This document shows positions 10,565-19,610 of a stretch of DNA of 64,000 bases, one piece after another (the first letter of the stretch is position 1; every line of letters starts with the position of its first letter). Source of the stretch: Reyranella massiliensis 521 (GTDB taxonomy: Bacteria; Pseudomonadota; Alphaproteobacteria; Reyranellales; Reyranellaceae). The DNA lies in assembly GCA_945860205.1 (NCBI GenBank), contig CAMARK010000002.1:19496-83495 (forward strand), in the 5' to 3' direction. The notes under the pieces are model-generated. The model saw nothing but the letters and a program-made list of their open reading frames with translations, was not told the DNA's origin and made no database searches. Made by a program: the position numbers and the translations under genes.

Positions 10565-10966
10565 TCATGGCTTGGGCACTGCAGAAATGATCACGAACGC
10601 CTGTGCCAGGGGATACTCGTCAGTCAAGGTGAGGTCGATCTGCGGCGACATGCCGGCCGGCGTGATCTCCTGCAGCCGCGCCAACGCCCCACCCGTCAGC
10701 GCCATCGTAGGCTTGCCACCGCGCTGATTTATGACACCCATGTCGCGCCAGAACACGCCGCGACGTAGTCCCGTGCCCAGGGCCTTGGAACAGGCCTCCT
10801 TGGCCGCGAACCGCTTGGCGTAGCTCGCCGCCCGCGTGGCACGTCCCTCGGAGCGCGATTGTTCAACAGGAGTGAAAATCCGCTGCACAAAGCGGTCGCC
10901 GAAGCGCGCGAGCGATTTCTCGATACGCTTGATGTCGCAAAGGTCGTTGCCGATGCCCAGGATCAC
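10565..10966 (-). CDS. acpS: Holo-[acyl-carrier-protein] synthase
   Basis: Start moved to GTG 10966 ([15 protein letters not shown]), overlapping the pdxJ stop; [10 protein letters not shown] and DLTLTDE motifs. Confidence 0.95.
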   Translation of the reverse strand: MILGIGNDLCDIKRIEKSLARFGDRFVQRIFTPVEQSRSEGRATRAASYAKRFAAKEACSKALGTGLRRGVFWRDMGVINQRGGKPTMALTGGALARLQEITPAGMSPQIDLTLTDEYPLAQAFVIISAVPKP

Positions 10967-11715
10967 GCGGTCGCCCCCGGCGCCCGAGCCGCATCCATGA
11001 TGCGCCGCATCTCGCGGATCGCAGGCTCGAGCCCGATGAAAATCGCCTCGCCGACCAGGAAATGCCCGATGTTGAGTTCGCGCACTTCGGGGATCGCCGC
11101 AATCGGCCCGACATCGCCGTAGCTCAACCCATGGCCGGCGTGGCATTCCAATCCGAGCCGCGCGCAGAGAGCCGCACCTTTCTGTAGCCGGACCAGTTCA
11201 GCCCGCTGGGCCTCGCCTTCCAGCTCGCAGTAGCGGCCGGTATGCAGCTCGACGACCGGCGCGCCCAGCGCCACCGCCGCCTCAAGCTGGCGCGGATCGG
11301 CCTCGATGAACAACGACACGCGGATGCCGGCGTCGCTCAGCCTGGCAACCATCGGCTTCAGGTGGTTGTGCTGGCCGGCCGCGTCGAGGCCGCCCTCGGT
11401 TGTCCGCTCCTCGCGCTTCTCGGGCACGATGCAGGCGGCGTGCGGGCGATGGCGCAAGGCGATGTCGACCATCTCCTGCGTCGCCGCCATCTCGAAATTG
11501 AGCGGCACCTTTAGTTCGCGCATCAGGCCCTCGATGTCGCCATCGACGATGTGCCGGCGGTCTTCGCGCAGATGCGCGGTGATGCCGTCGGCGCCGGCGA
11601 CCTCGGCGAGACGCGCCGCCCGCAGCGGATCAGGCAAATGACCGCCGCGTGCATTGCGCACGGTCGCCACGTGATCGATGTTCACTCCAAGGCGCAACCG
11701 GGACGGCGTGGACAT
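10963..11715 (-). CDS. pdxJ: Pyridoxine 5'-phosphate synthase
   Basis: [37 protein letters not shown]. Confidence 0.96.
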   Translation of the reverse strand: MSTPSRLRLGVNIDHVATVRNARGGHLPDPLRAARLAEVAGADGITAHLREDRRHIVDGDIEGLMRELKVPLNFEMAATQEMVDIALRHRPHAACIVPEKREERTTEGGLDAAGQHNHLKPMVARLSDAGIRVSLFIEADPRQLEAAVALGAPVVELHTGRYCELEGEAQRAELVRLQKGAALCARLGLECHAGHGLSYGDVGPIAAIPEVRELNIGHFLVGEAIFIGLEPAIREMRRIMDAARAPGATA

Positions 11716-11750
11716 TCGCTACTTTCGCAAGATGTTGGCAGGAGAATACG

Positions 11751-13940
11751 TCAATTGCGCGCGCGCTCGACGGCATTGATGGCCGGCGTCGCGCGAAGCG
11801 CTGCGGTGATGTCGGCGAGATGCTTCACGTCGGCGACCTCGACATCGATCACCATGTCGAAGAAATCCATCGAGCGGTTGACGATGCGCAGGTTCGAAAT
11901 GTTGCCTTCGTGGCGGGCGATCACCGTCGACAGGCTGGACAGGCTGCCCGGCTGGTTGGCGACCGTGATCTTGAGGCGGCCGGTATAGACGCTGGCAGCG
12001 CCTTCGCCGACCGAATCCCAGCCGACGTCGATCCAGCGCTCCGGCGCCTCGGAGAAGCTTTCTAGCGTGGCGCAGTCGATCGTATGGATCGTGACGCCCT
12101 TGCCGGTCGTGATGATGCCGACGATGCGGTCTCCCGGCAACGGATGGCAGCAGCGGGCGAAATGCACGGCCATGCCGGGGATCAGGCCGCGGATCGCGAT
12201 CTGGCCGGCCTCCTTGTTACCCCGCCCGCCCTCGCCCGCCTTCGCGGACTTGTTGCGCGCGCGCGAGATCGGCACGACGTCGGCGCCGCCCCCTCTCGAG
12301 CCCGGCCGCTGCTGCTTGAGGCCGGGATAAACCGCGGTCAGCACCTCGCGTGCACCGACCAGGCCCGCGCCGACGGCGGCGACCAGATCGTCGGTCGTCG
12401 CCTGCTTGAAATTGGCGCGCACGCCGTCGAGGCCCTTTTCCGTGGCCTCGTAGCCTTCCTCGTGGAATGTCTTGTCGAGCAGCGACTTGCCGAGCTGGAT
12501 GTATTGCTCGCGCTGGCGCGTGCGGATGAAGCGCCGGATGGCGGCCTTGGCCTTGCCGGTGACCACGAAGCGTTCCCACGTCGGCGACGGCGTCTGCGCC
12601 TTCGAGGTGACGATGTCGACCTGGTCGCCGTTGGAGAGCTGAGTCCTGAGCGGCAGCATGCGGCCGTTGATCTTGGCGCCGACGCAGGTGTCACCCACCT
12701 GGCTGTGCACGGCATAGGCGAAGTCGATCGGCGTCGCGCCGCGCGGCAGGGCGATCAGCTTGCCCTTGGGCGTGAAGCAGAACACCTGATCCTGGAACAT
12801 CTCGAGCTTGGTGTGCTCAAGGAATTCCTCGGCGTTGGGCGCCTTGTCGAGGATGTCGATCAGGCTGCGCAGCCAGGCGTATTGCGGCGCATCGGTCGAC
12901 GGCCCGCCCTGCTTGTAGATCCAGTGGGCGGCGACGCCGCGCTCAGCCTGGTCCTGCATCTCGGCCGTGCGGATCTGGATCTCGATGCGCTGCCCGAGCG
13001 GCCCGATGACGCCGGTGTGCACCGAGCGATAGCCGTTGGGCTTGGGAACCGAGATGTAATCCTTGAAGCGCTGCGGCAGGACCTGGTAGCGCCCGTGCAA
13101 AAGGCCGAGCGCCTGATAGCACTGCGCGATGTCGTCGACGATGATGCGGAACGCCATGATGTCGGCGAGCTGCTCGAACGACACGTTCTTGGTCTGCATC
13201 TTGCGCCAGATCGAATAGGGCGTCTTCTCGCGGCCCTGTATCTGCGCGACGAGCCCGCCGTCCTTCAGGGTCTTGACCAGTTCGGCCTCGATCTGGGGCA
13301 CCAGCCGCTCGCCGCGTTCGCGCAGGTATCCGAGCCGCGCCTCGACCGAGCCCCGACCATCGGGATTGAGTTCGGCGAACGCCAGCTCCTCGAGCTCGCG
13401 CTTCACCTTCTCCATGCCGATGCGCGAGGCGAGCGGCGCATAGAGCTCCATGGTCTCGCGCGCGATGCGCTTGCGCCGCGCCGGCTCCTTGATGTGACGG
13501 AGCGTCCGCATGTTGTGCAGGCGGTCGGCAAGCTTCACCAGCAGGACGCGAATGTCCGACGACATCGCCAGCACCAGCTTGCGCAGGTTCTCGGCTTCCT
13601 TGGTGCTCTCGGACTGAATCTCGAGCCGCGACAGCTTGGTCACGCCGTCGACCAGGCGGGCGATGTTTTCGCCGAACAGGCCCGCGATCTCGTCGCGCGT
13701 CGCGTCGGTGTCCTCGAGCGTGTCGTGCAGCAGGCCGGTCACGATCGAGGCGGTGTCGAGCCGCATCTCGGCCAGGATGCCGGCAACCTCGACGGGATGG
13801 GAGAAGTACGGGTCGCCCGAGGCACGCAGCTGGTTGCCGTGCCGCTTCAGCCCATAGACGTAGGCGCGATTCAGCACATCCTCGTCCGCTTCCGGATCGT
13901 AGGACTGCACGCGTTCAACGAGTTCAAACTGACGAATCAT
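11751..13940 (-). CDS. spoT: Bifunctional (p)ppGpp synthetase/hydrolase (Rel/SpoT)
   Basis: HD domain (GLLHDTLED, KLADRLHNMRT), synthetase domain (GREKTPYSIWRKM, YRSVHT, EIQIRT), TGS and ACT domains; downstream of rpoZ. Confidence 0.96.
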   Translation of the reverse strand: MIRQFELVERVQSYDPEADEDVLNRAYVYGLKRHGNQLRASGDPYFSHPVEVAGILAEMRLDTASIVTGLLHDTLEDTDATRDEIAGLFGENIARLVDGVTKLSRLEIQSESTKEAENLRKLVLAMSSDIRVLLVKLADRLHNMRTLRHIKEPARRKRIARETMELYAPLASRIGMEKVKRELEELAFAELNPDGRGSVEARLGYLRERGERLVPQIEAELVKTLKDGGLVAQIQGREKTPYSIWRKMQTKNVSFEQLADIMAFRIIVDDIAQCYQALGLLHGRYQVLPQRFKDYISVPKPNGYRSVHTGVIGPLGQRIEIQIRTAEMQDQAERGVAAHWIYKQGGPSTDAPQYAWLRSLIDILDKAPNAEEFLEHTKLEMFQDQVFCFTPKGKLIALPRGATPIDFAYAVHSQVGDTCVGAKINGRMLPLRTQLSNGDQVDIVTSKAQTPSPTWERFVVTGKAKAAIRRFIRTRQREQYIQLGKSLLDKTFHEEGYEATEKGLDGVRANFKQATTDDLVAAVGAGLVGAREVLTAVYPGLKQQRPGSRGGGADVVPISRARNKSAKAGEGGRGNKEAGQIAIRGLIPGMAVHFARCCHPLPGDRIVGIITTGKGVTIHTIDCATLESFSEAPERWIDVGWDSVGEGAASVYTGRLKITVANQPGSLSSLSTVIARHEGNISNLRIVNRSMDFFDMVIDVEVADVKHLADITAALRATPAINAVERARN

Positions 13941-14050
13941 CGCAATCACACACTATATGGTGTCGATTGCGTCTACTCCACGAAGATTGCGCGAATAGCA
14001 GGGCTGAGCCCTGTTAGGGCTCGGAGCCCTGCTAAGGCTCAAACGCCCTC

Positions 14051-14413
14051 TTATTCGGTGACGTCGTCTTCCTCGGCCATCGGCAGGGCCTTGGGCTGGG
14101 CGGCTTCCGCGCCGCCCTGGGCGAGGGCCGCCGCCAGCTCCTGCTCGAGCTCGGCCATCTCGTTGACCTCTTCGGGCTTGTCGATGTCGGCGTGCTTCTG
14201 CATGCCGGAGATCAGCGCGTCCTTGAGCACGGCCTGGTCGAGCTTGGTTTCGGCGATTTCACGGAGCGCCACGACCGGGTTCTTGTCGCGGTCGCGATCC
14301 AGCGTGATCTGGGCACCCGCCGAGATGTCGCGCGCCCGCTGGGCGGCGAACATGACGAGTTCGAAACGGTTGGGGACCTGCACGATGCAGTCTTCGACGG
14401 TAACGCGCGCCAT
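14051..14413 (-). CDS. rpoZ: RNA polymerase omega subunit
   Basis: MARVTVEDC...NRFELV...AQRARDI...DKNPVVALREIA; ATG at 14413. Confidence 0.96.
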   Translation of the reverse strand: MARVTVEDCIVQVPNRFELVMFAAQRARDISAGAQITLDRDRDKNPVVALREIAETKLDQAVLKDALISGMQKHADIDKPEEVNEMAELEQELAAALAQGGAEAAQPKALPMAEEDDVTE

Positions 14414-14444
14414 GGGCGACCTCTGATTTCCCGGGAGCGGCGGG

Positions 14445-14960
14445 TTATACGCGCCCCTCATCAAAAGGCAAGGCCGCCAGCAGGGCCTGGATCGGCTGGC
14501 CAGTCATCGGGTGGCGCCAGTCCGGGGCGAGATCGGCCAGGGGCCGGAGGACGAAGGCCCGGGCGGCCAACCTCGGGTGCGGCAGGGTCGCCCGCCCCGG
14601 GCTCTCAGGGGCAATTTCCCCCCGAAAATCGAGTAAATCCAGGTCGATCACGCGGGCGGCGTTTGCGATGGTCCGGACCCGTCCAAAGGCCTCCTCGACC
14701 TCGTGAAGGGCCGCCAGAAGTTCGTCGGGGCCAAGATCGGTCGCCACTTCGATGACGGCGTTCTGGTACCAGGGCTGGTCGGACGCCGGCACCGGCGCGG
14801 TGCAGTACCAGGGCGATACCCGCAAAACCTGCACGCCACATCGCTCAAGGTCCCGGAAGGCCGCCTTCAGGGTCTCGCGAGGAGAACCATATGTGGGGTG
14901 GGCCAGATTCGCACCGGCGCCTATGAAAATTGAGCTTCCCCGCGTGTTCTCCACCAGCAA
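14445..14960 (-). CDS. folK: 2-amino-4-hydroxy-6-hydroxymethyldihydropteridine pyrophosphokinase (start uncertain)
   Basis: IGAGANL, DQPWYQNAV, NAARVIDLDLL, LPHPRLAARAFVLRPL. Confidence 0.93.
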   Translation of the reverse strand: MLVENTRGSSIFIGAGANLAHPTYGSPRETLKAAFRDLERCGVQVLRVSPWYCTAPVPASDQPWYQNAVIEVATDLGPDELLAALHEVEEAFGRVRTIANAARVIDLDLLDFRGEIAPESPGRATLPHPRLAARAFVLRPLADLAPDWRHPMTGQPIQALLAALPFDEGRV

Positions 14961-15099
14961 TAACCTCCAACCCCTTGTGATCTATAAGATAATACCCTAG
15001 ACTTAACATGCGATTGGAGATGTGTGGGTTACGGTGCTCCCGCCGCTACATAAATTTTTCGCTCCCTCTGCGCATATTGTTCCAAAAAGGATAACCGCC

Positions 15100-15735
15100 A
15101 TGAAAGGCAATTTTTACGAAAACGAGCGCGTCGCTCTCTTCATCGACGGCGCCAACCTCTACTCCGCCGCCCGCGCCCTCGGTTTCGACATCGACTATCG
15201 CCGCCTGCTCAAGGTGTTCCGCGAAAAGGGCCGGCTGGTTCGCGCCTACTACTACACGGCGCTGGTCGAGGATCAGGAATATTCGCCGATCCGTCCGCTG
15301 ATCGATTGGCTGGACTACAACGGCTACACCATGGTCACCAAGCCGACCAAGGAATTCACCGATGCCATGGGCCGCCGCAAGATCAAGGGCAACATGGACA
15401 TCGAGCTCGCCATCGACGTGCTCGAGATGGCCGAGCATCTGGACCATGTGATCCTGTTCTCCGGCGACGGCGACTTCCGCCGCCTGGTCGAAGCCGTGCA
15501 GCGCCGTGGGCTCCGCGTTTCCGTGGTCAGCACCATCAAGTCCGCGCCGCCGATGGTGGCCGACGAGCTGCGCCGCCAGGCCGACGATTTCGTCGAGCTC
15601 GCCGAGCTGGCGCCGTTGATCGCCCGCAGCCCTTCCGAGCGTACCGCACGCCCCGCCGTCGCCGCGCCGCTCAACGGCCGCGAGGGCGACGATCTCGACG
15701 ACGCCCCGTCCGAAGCGCTGATGCGGTCGGCCTAG
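15100..15735 (+). CDS. NYN domain (LabA/DUF88) protein
   Basis: LFIDGANL, KGNMDIELAID, LFSGDGDF motifs; ATG 15100 with AAGGA RBS; typical position divergent from folK/rpoZ. Confidence 0.92.
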   Translation: MKGNFYENERVALFIDGANLYSAARALGFDIDYRRLLKVFREKGRLVRAYYYTALVEDQEYSPIRPLIDWLDYNGYTMVTKPTKEFTDAMGRRKIKGNMDIELAIDVLEMAEHLDHVILFSGDGDFRRLVEAVQRRGLRVSVVSTIKSAPPMVADELRRQADDFVELAELAPLIARSPSERTARPAVAAPLNGREGDDLDDAPSEALMRSA

Positions 15736-15748
15736 GCCTCGCGGTCCG

Positions 15749-16402
15749 GTGGCTCTGCCAGGCTTCGAGGAGCCGCCGCTCGACTGTCCACGCTGCCCGA
15801 GGCTCGTCGCCTTCCTGGACGGGCTTCGCAGCGCTCATCCCGACTGGAAGAACGCGCCCGTCCGCTCGTTCGGCGACCTTGAGGCGCGGCTGCTGATCGT
15901 GGGCCTGGCGCCCGGCATGCGCGGCGCCAACCGCACCGGCCGGCCCTTCACCGGCGACTATGCCGGCGACCTCCTCTACTCGACCCTGCTGAAGTTCGGC
16001 TTCGCCACGGGAACCTACGGCGCCGATCCCGCCGACGGGCTGCGCCTGGCCGACTGCCGCATCGCCAACGCCGTGCGCTGCCTGCCGCCGGAGAACAAGC
16101 CGCTGCCGATCGAATTCACCGCCTGCCGGCCCTTCCTGCAATCGGAGATCGCCGCCATGCCGCGCGCACGCGTGATCCTGGCACTGGGCAAGGGCGCGCA
16201 CGACCAGGCCCTGCGCGCGCTCGCCGTGCGCCCAGCGTCGGCTTACCCCTTCATCCACGGACGGCTGCACACGCTGCCGAACGGGCTGCTTCTCGCCGAC
16301 AGCTATCATTGCTCGCGCTACAACACGAACACCGGGCGCCTGACGACCGCGATGTTCCACGACGTCTTCACCGGCGTTCGTCAGGTCCTGCCGCCGACCT
16401 AG
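15749..16402 (+). CDS. Uracil-DNA glycosylase (family 4/5, UdgB-like)
   Basis: CPRC Fe-S ligands, GLAPGMRGANRTGRPFTGD, NAVRCLPPENKP, SYHCSRYNTNTGRLT. Confidence 0.92.
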   Translation: MALPGFEEPPLDCPRCPRLVAFLDGLRSAHPDWKNAPVRSFGDLEARLLIVGLAPGMRGANRTGRPFTGDYAGDLLYSTLLKFGFATGTYGADPADGLRLADCRIANAVRCLPPENKPLPIEFTACRPFLQSEIAAMPRARVILALGKGAHDQALRALAVRPASAYPFIHGRLHTLPNGLLLADSYHCSRYNTNTGRLTTAMFHDVFTGVRQVLPPT

Positions 16403-16773
16403 ACGCTCTCCGCCGCTGGCTCAACTTTTCAAATTTGGCCCAAACTCGCCGACAAATATTTGGCTTTCCAACCGCCGGAAAGCCAACAAATCCGGGATTT
16501 TGCCCGGCTCAACGGGCCCACCTGAAACGTGCGCGTGTTGGGCCCGAAAGTGTGCCGGATCTGTGCCCGGCCGTGCGCACGATTAGCTGTCCACGATTCG
16601 AGGCGTAGCTCTTTCCCTGTTGATGCCAGCACTGCCAGCACAAAGCCCTTTGGGCGTAGATGGATTGCTCTCATCCCTGGGTCAGGACCCAGGGCGGCTG
16701 CACCAAGCGCTATGCGCGAGCCCGTGGCCCCTCTTGCGGATTCCAGAGGGCACGGACAGGTCTTGCCGGAATG

Positions 16774-16812
16774 AAAAAGGCCGGCGCCCAAACTCAGAGG
16801 AAGCGCCAGCCT
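16774..16812 (-). ncRNA. Candidate ~39-nt single-hairpin small RNA with anti-SD (UUCCUC) loop and intrinsic terminator
   Basis: AGGCUGGCGC-UUCCUCUGAGUUUGG-GCGCCGGCCU-UUUU (10-bp stem, one G-U) starts 7 nt after a consensus -10 element. Confidence 0.55.
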
Positions 16813-16819
16813 GACAGAG

Positions 16820-16848
16820 ATATAGCCCAAAACCTGCTGAAATGTCAA
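16820..16848 (-). promoter_or_regulatory. Sigma70-type promoter TTGACA-N17-CTATAT
   Basis: -35 TTGACA (16843-16848), exact 17-nt spacer, -10 CTATAT (16820-16825); matches the alphaproteobacterial housekeeping consensus. Confidence 0.75.
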
Positions 16849-16857
16849 CTTTTCCTG

Positions 16858-17334
16858 CTAGCGCAGCGCCGCCTCGACCGCCTCTGTGATCTCGCTGGAT
16901 CGGGGACGCACGCGGCTCGGCCAGGCGCCGAGCAGGCCGCCGTCCTTGCCGATCAGGTATTTGTGGAAGTTCCACTTGGGCGCCGCGCCCTCACCCGCCT
17001 GCGCCGCGATCCATCGATAGAACGCATGGGCGTCAGGCCCGATTGCCTTCTGCTTCGACGTGAGCGGAAAGGTGACCTCGTACATCGACTCGCAGAACTT
17101 GGCGATCTCGGGCTCCGTCCGCGGCTCCTGCGCGCCAAAATCGTTGCACGGCACGCCCAGCACCACGAGCCCCTTGGGGCCGTAGGTTTCGTGCAGCTCC
17201 TGGAGGTCGGTGTATTGCGGCGTGAACCCGCAATAAGACGCCACGTTCACGACCAGCACGGCCTTGCCGGCAAGGTCCTTCAGGTCCAGTGGCTTTCCGT
17301 CGATCGTCGTGAAGGAATAGTCATGGGCCGACAT
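16858..17334 (-). CDS. Glutathione peroxidase (Cys type)
   Basis: VLVVNVASYCGFTPQY, LGVPCNDFGAQEP, PKWNFHKYLIG; ATG at 17334. Confidence 0.94.
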   Translation of the reverse strand: MSAHDYSFTTIDGKPLDLKDLAGKAVLVVNVASYCGFTPQYTDLQELHETYGPKGLVVLGVPCNDFGAQEPRTEPEIAKFCESMYEVTFPLTSKQKAIGPDAHAFYRWIAAQAGEGAAPKWNFHKYLIGKDGGLLGAWPSRVRPRSSEITEAVEAALR

Positions 17335-17335
17335 G

Positions 17336-18016
17336 TCAGATCTCCTCGTCATACCGCTGTTCCAGCCACGGGTCGCCGTAGTTGTGATAGCCGCGCACTT
17401 CCCAGAAGCCGGGCTTGTCCATTTCCGAGAATTCGACGCGCTTGATCCACTTCGCGCTCTTCCAGAAATAGAGCTTCGGGATCACCACCCTGAGCGGCCC
17501 GCCATGCTCGCGGCTGATCGGCTCGCCGTTCCAGCTCCACGCCAGCAGCACGTCGTCGGCCGCGAAATCCTCGAGCGGCACGTTGGTCGTGTAGGTGTCG
17601 TAGGAATGGAAGATGACGTGCTTGGCTTCCGCCTTGGGCTTCACCTGGGCCAGCAGGTCGCGGGCGCTGACGCCTTCCCACTTGTTGTCGTAGCGCGACC
17701 ATGCGGTCACGCAGTGGATGTCGCTGGTCAGCCGGGTCTTGGGAAGGTCGGTGAACTCGCCCCACTTCCAGGTCACGGGCGTCTCGACCGCGCCGTCGAC
17801 GAACAGGCGCCAGGCGTGGGTCGGAATCTCCGGCTGGACGCCGAGATCCAGCACCGGCCAGGTCTCGACCTGCCGCTGCCCCGGCGGCAGACGCACGGAA
17901 TGCGCCGCCGTCTTGCCGGTCAGCAGCCGGCCCTCGCCGGCCCATTTCTGCTTGCTGTCGATCAGCTTGCTTTTCAGCTTGCCGAACAGAGTGACGTCGT
18001 CGTCGGCCACACGCAT
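17336..18016 (-). CDS. Sulfite-oxidase-like molybdopterin oxidoreductase (MsrP/YuiH-like, no export signal)
   Basis: LPPGQ, WPVLDLG, DIHCVTAWS (Mo-ligand Cys), HGGPLRVVIPKLYFWKSAKW, GFWEVRGYH; start moved to ATG 18016. Confidence 0.88.
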   Translation of the reverse strand: MRVADDDVTLFGKLKSKLIDSKQKWAGEGRLLTGKTAAHSVRLPPGQRQVETWPVLDLGVQPEIPTHAWRLFVDGAVETPVTWKWGEFTDLPKTRLTSDIHCVTAWSRYDNKWEGVSARDLLAQVKPKAEAKHVIFHSYDTYTTNVPLEDFAADDVLLAWSWNGEPISREHGGPLRVVIPKLYFWKSAKWIKRVEFSEMDKPGFWEVRGYHNYGDPWLEQRYDEEI

Positions 18017-18034
18017 TCCCTCAATTCTGGATTC

Positions 18035-18067
18035 TCCTCCCCTGCGCGGACTCCGCGCAGGGGAGGA
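18035..18067. repeat. Perfect 16-bp inverted repeat (REP-like palindrome)
   Basis: tcctcccctgcgcgga-c-tccgcgcaggggagga in the short intergenic gap. Confidence 0.85.
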
Positions 18068-18074
18068 AATGACT

Positions 18075-19610
18075 CTAGATCGTTCTTCCAGCCTTTTCCC
18101 AATAGGGGGCCCGGAGCTTGCGTTTGAAGATTTTACCCGAATCTTCGCGCGGAAGGGCGGCGCTGAATTCCACGATCCTTGGAACCTTGTAGCGCGCCAA
18201 ATGTCCTGCCAGCCAGGCCTGCACCTGGCCGGCATCGAGCGCGGTCGCGGCCATGGGCTCGACATAGGCACAGATCTGCTCGCCGAACTCCTCGTCGGGG
18301 ACGCCGAACACTGCGCAGTCGCGCACGCCTGGCATCTGGATCAGCGCCGATTCGATCTCGGCCGGGTAGATGTTGACGCCACCCGAAATAATCATGTCGC
18401 GCTTGCGGTCGCACAAGAAGACGAAGCCGTCGGCATCGAGGTATCCGATGTCGCCCACGGTCACGAGATCGCCCAGCGCCACCTCGCGACGCTTGGCATC
18501 GTCGTTGTTGTAGGTGAAGTCCGAGAGGTTCGGCCCGCGCAGGTAGATCTCACCGACCTCGCCCTGCGCCACGTCGCGTCCCTGGTCGTCGACGATCCGA
18601 ATGATGGCGCCGGTCACCGGGCGGCCGACCGTGCCCGGTTTGCGCAGCGCTTCCTCGGAGCCATGCCAGACCACGACGCCGGTCTCGGTTGCGCCGTAAT
18701 ACTCGTAGATCACTGGCCCCCACCATTCGATCATCCGCCGCTTCACTGCCGGGGCACAGGGCGCCGCCCCATGGCTGACGAAGCGCAGCGACGAGACGTC
18801 GTAGCGCTCGCGCACCGCATCGGGCAGACGCAGCAGGCGCACGAACATGGTGGGCACGATGTGCATGTGGCTGACGCCATGCCGCTCGATCAGGCGCAGC
18901 ATGTCCTCGGCCTCGAAACGCGGCTGCAGGACCACGTTGAGGCCGAGCCGGGCGCTGGCCATCCCATAAGCAGCCGGCGCGGAATGGTACATCGGGCCGT
19001 TCATCAGCACGACGATCGCGGGATCCTGCTTCAGTCCCCAGAAAATCGCCGCCTCCTGCGCCCCCGCTGCCTGCTGCTCCGGCGTGCTCGGCCTGCGGCG
19101 CACGCCCTTCGGCCGTCCGGTGGTGCCCGAGGTGTAGATCATGCTGCCGCGCGCCAGCTTGGGTGGAGCCTTCCGGGGCGCGGACGCTGCCACGAAATCC
19201 TGCCAGAGCCCGACACCCGCCCGTGCCACGCGGTGTTCGGCGGGCACGTTGTAGGCCGCCGCGATCTCCTCCGGCGTCGGGACCGTCATCACCTTCACGC
19301 CGGCGGGAATGCCCGATGCGATCTGCGCCAGGAGATCGGTGTGCGCCACCAGGACCTTGGCGCCGCTGTCGCGCAGGATGTAGCCGGCTTCCTCCGGCGT
19401 GAAATGCCAATTGATCGGCACTGCATAGGCACCCAACTGGCTCACCGCCATGTTGACCTCGAAAGTCGCGAAGTCGTTGCGCACCATCAAGGCGACGCTG
19501 TCGTCTTCGCCCACTCCGAGCGCTTCCAGGCCGCCGGCACCGTGCGCCGCATTGGCCTGGATGTCGGCCCAGCTTCGGAAGCGTTCGCCCGCTGTGACGC
19601 CCGGCGTCAT
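18075..19610 (-). CDS. Acyl-CoA synthetase / long-chain fatty acid-CoA ligase
   Basis: Start moved to ATG 19610, overlapping the TetR stop; AMP-binding motif MIYTSGTTGRPKG, EYYGATE, TVGDIG, DRKRDMIISGGVNIYP, PREDSGKIFKR. Confidence 0.92.
   Translation of the reverse strand: MTPGVTAGERFRSWADIQANAAHGAGGLEALGVGEDDSVALMVRNDFATFEVNMAVSQLGAYAVPINWHFTPEEAGYILRDSGAKVLVAHTDLLAQIASGIPAGVKVMTVPTPEEIAAAYNVPAEHRVARAGVGLWQDFVAASAPRKAPPKLARGSMIYTSGTTGRPKGVRRRPSTPEQQAAGAQEAAIFWGLKQDPAIVVLMNGPMYHSAPAAYGMASARLGLNVVLQPRFEAEDMLRLIERHGVSHMHIVPTMFVRLLRLPDAVRERYDVSSLRFVSHGAAPCAPAVKRRMIEWWGPVIYEYYGATETGVVVWHGSEEALRKPGTVGRPVTGAIIRIVDDQGRDVAQGEVGEIYLRGPNLSDFTYNNDDAKRREVALGDLVTVGDIGYLDADGFVFLCDRKRDMIISGGVNIYPAEIESALIQMPGVRDCAVFGVPDEEFGEQICAYVEPMAATALDAGQVQAWLAGHLARYKVPRIVEFSAALPREDSGKIFKRKLRAPYWEKAGRTI

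Noticed and set aside
16529-16560. GTGCG resembling a group II intron 5' end
   Set aside because: No domain V/VI signature and no reverse transcriptase ORF anywhere in the window.
16858-17334. Possible selenocysteine glutathione peroxidase
   Set aside because: The active-site codon is TGC (Cys) and there is no in-frame TGA.
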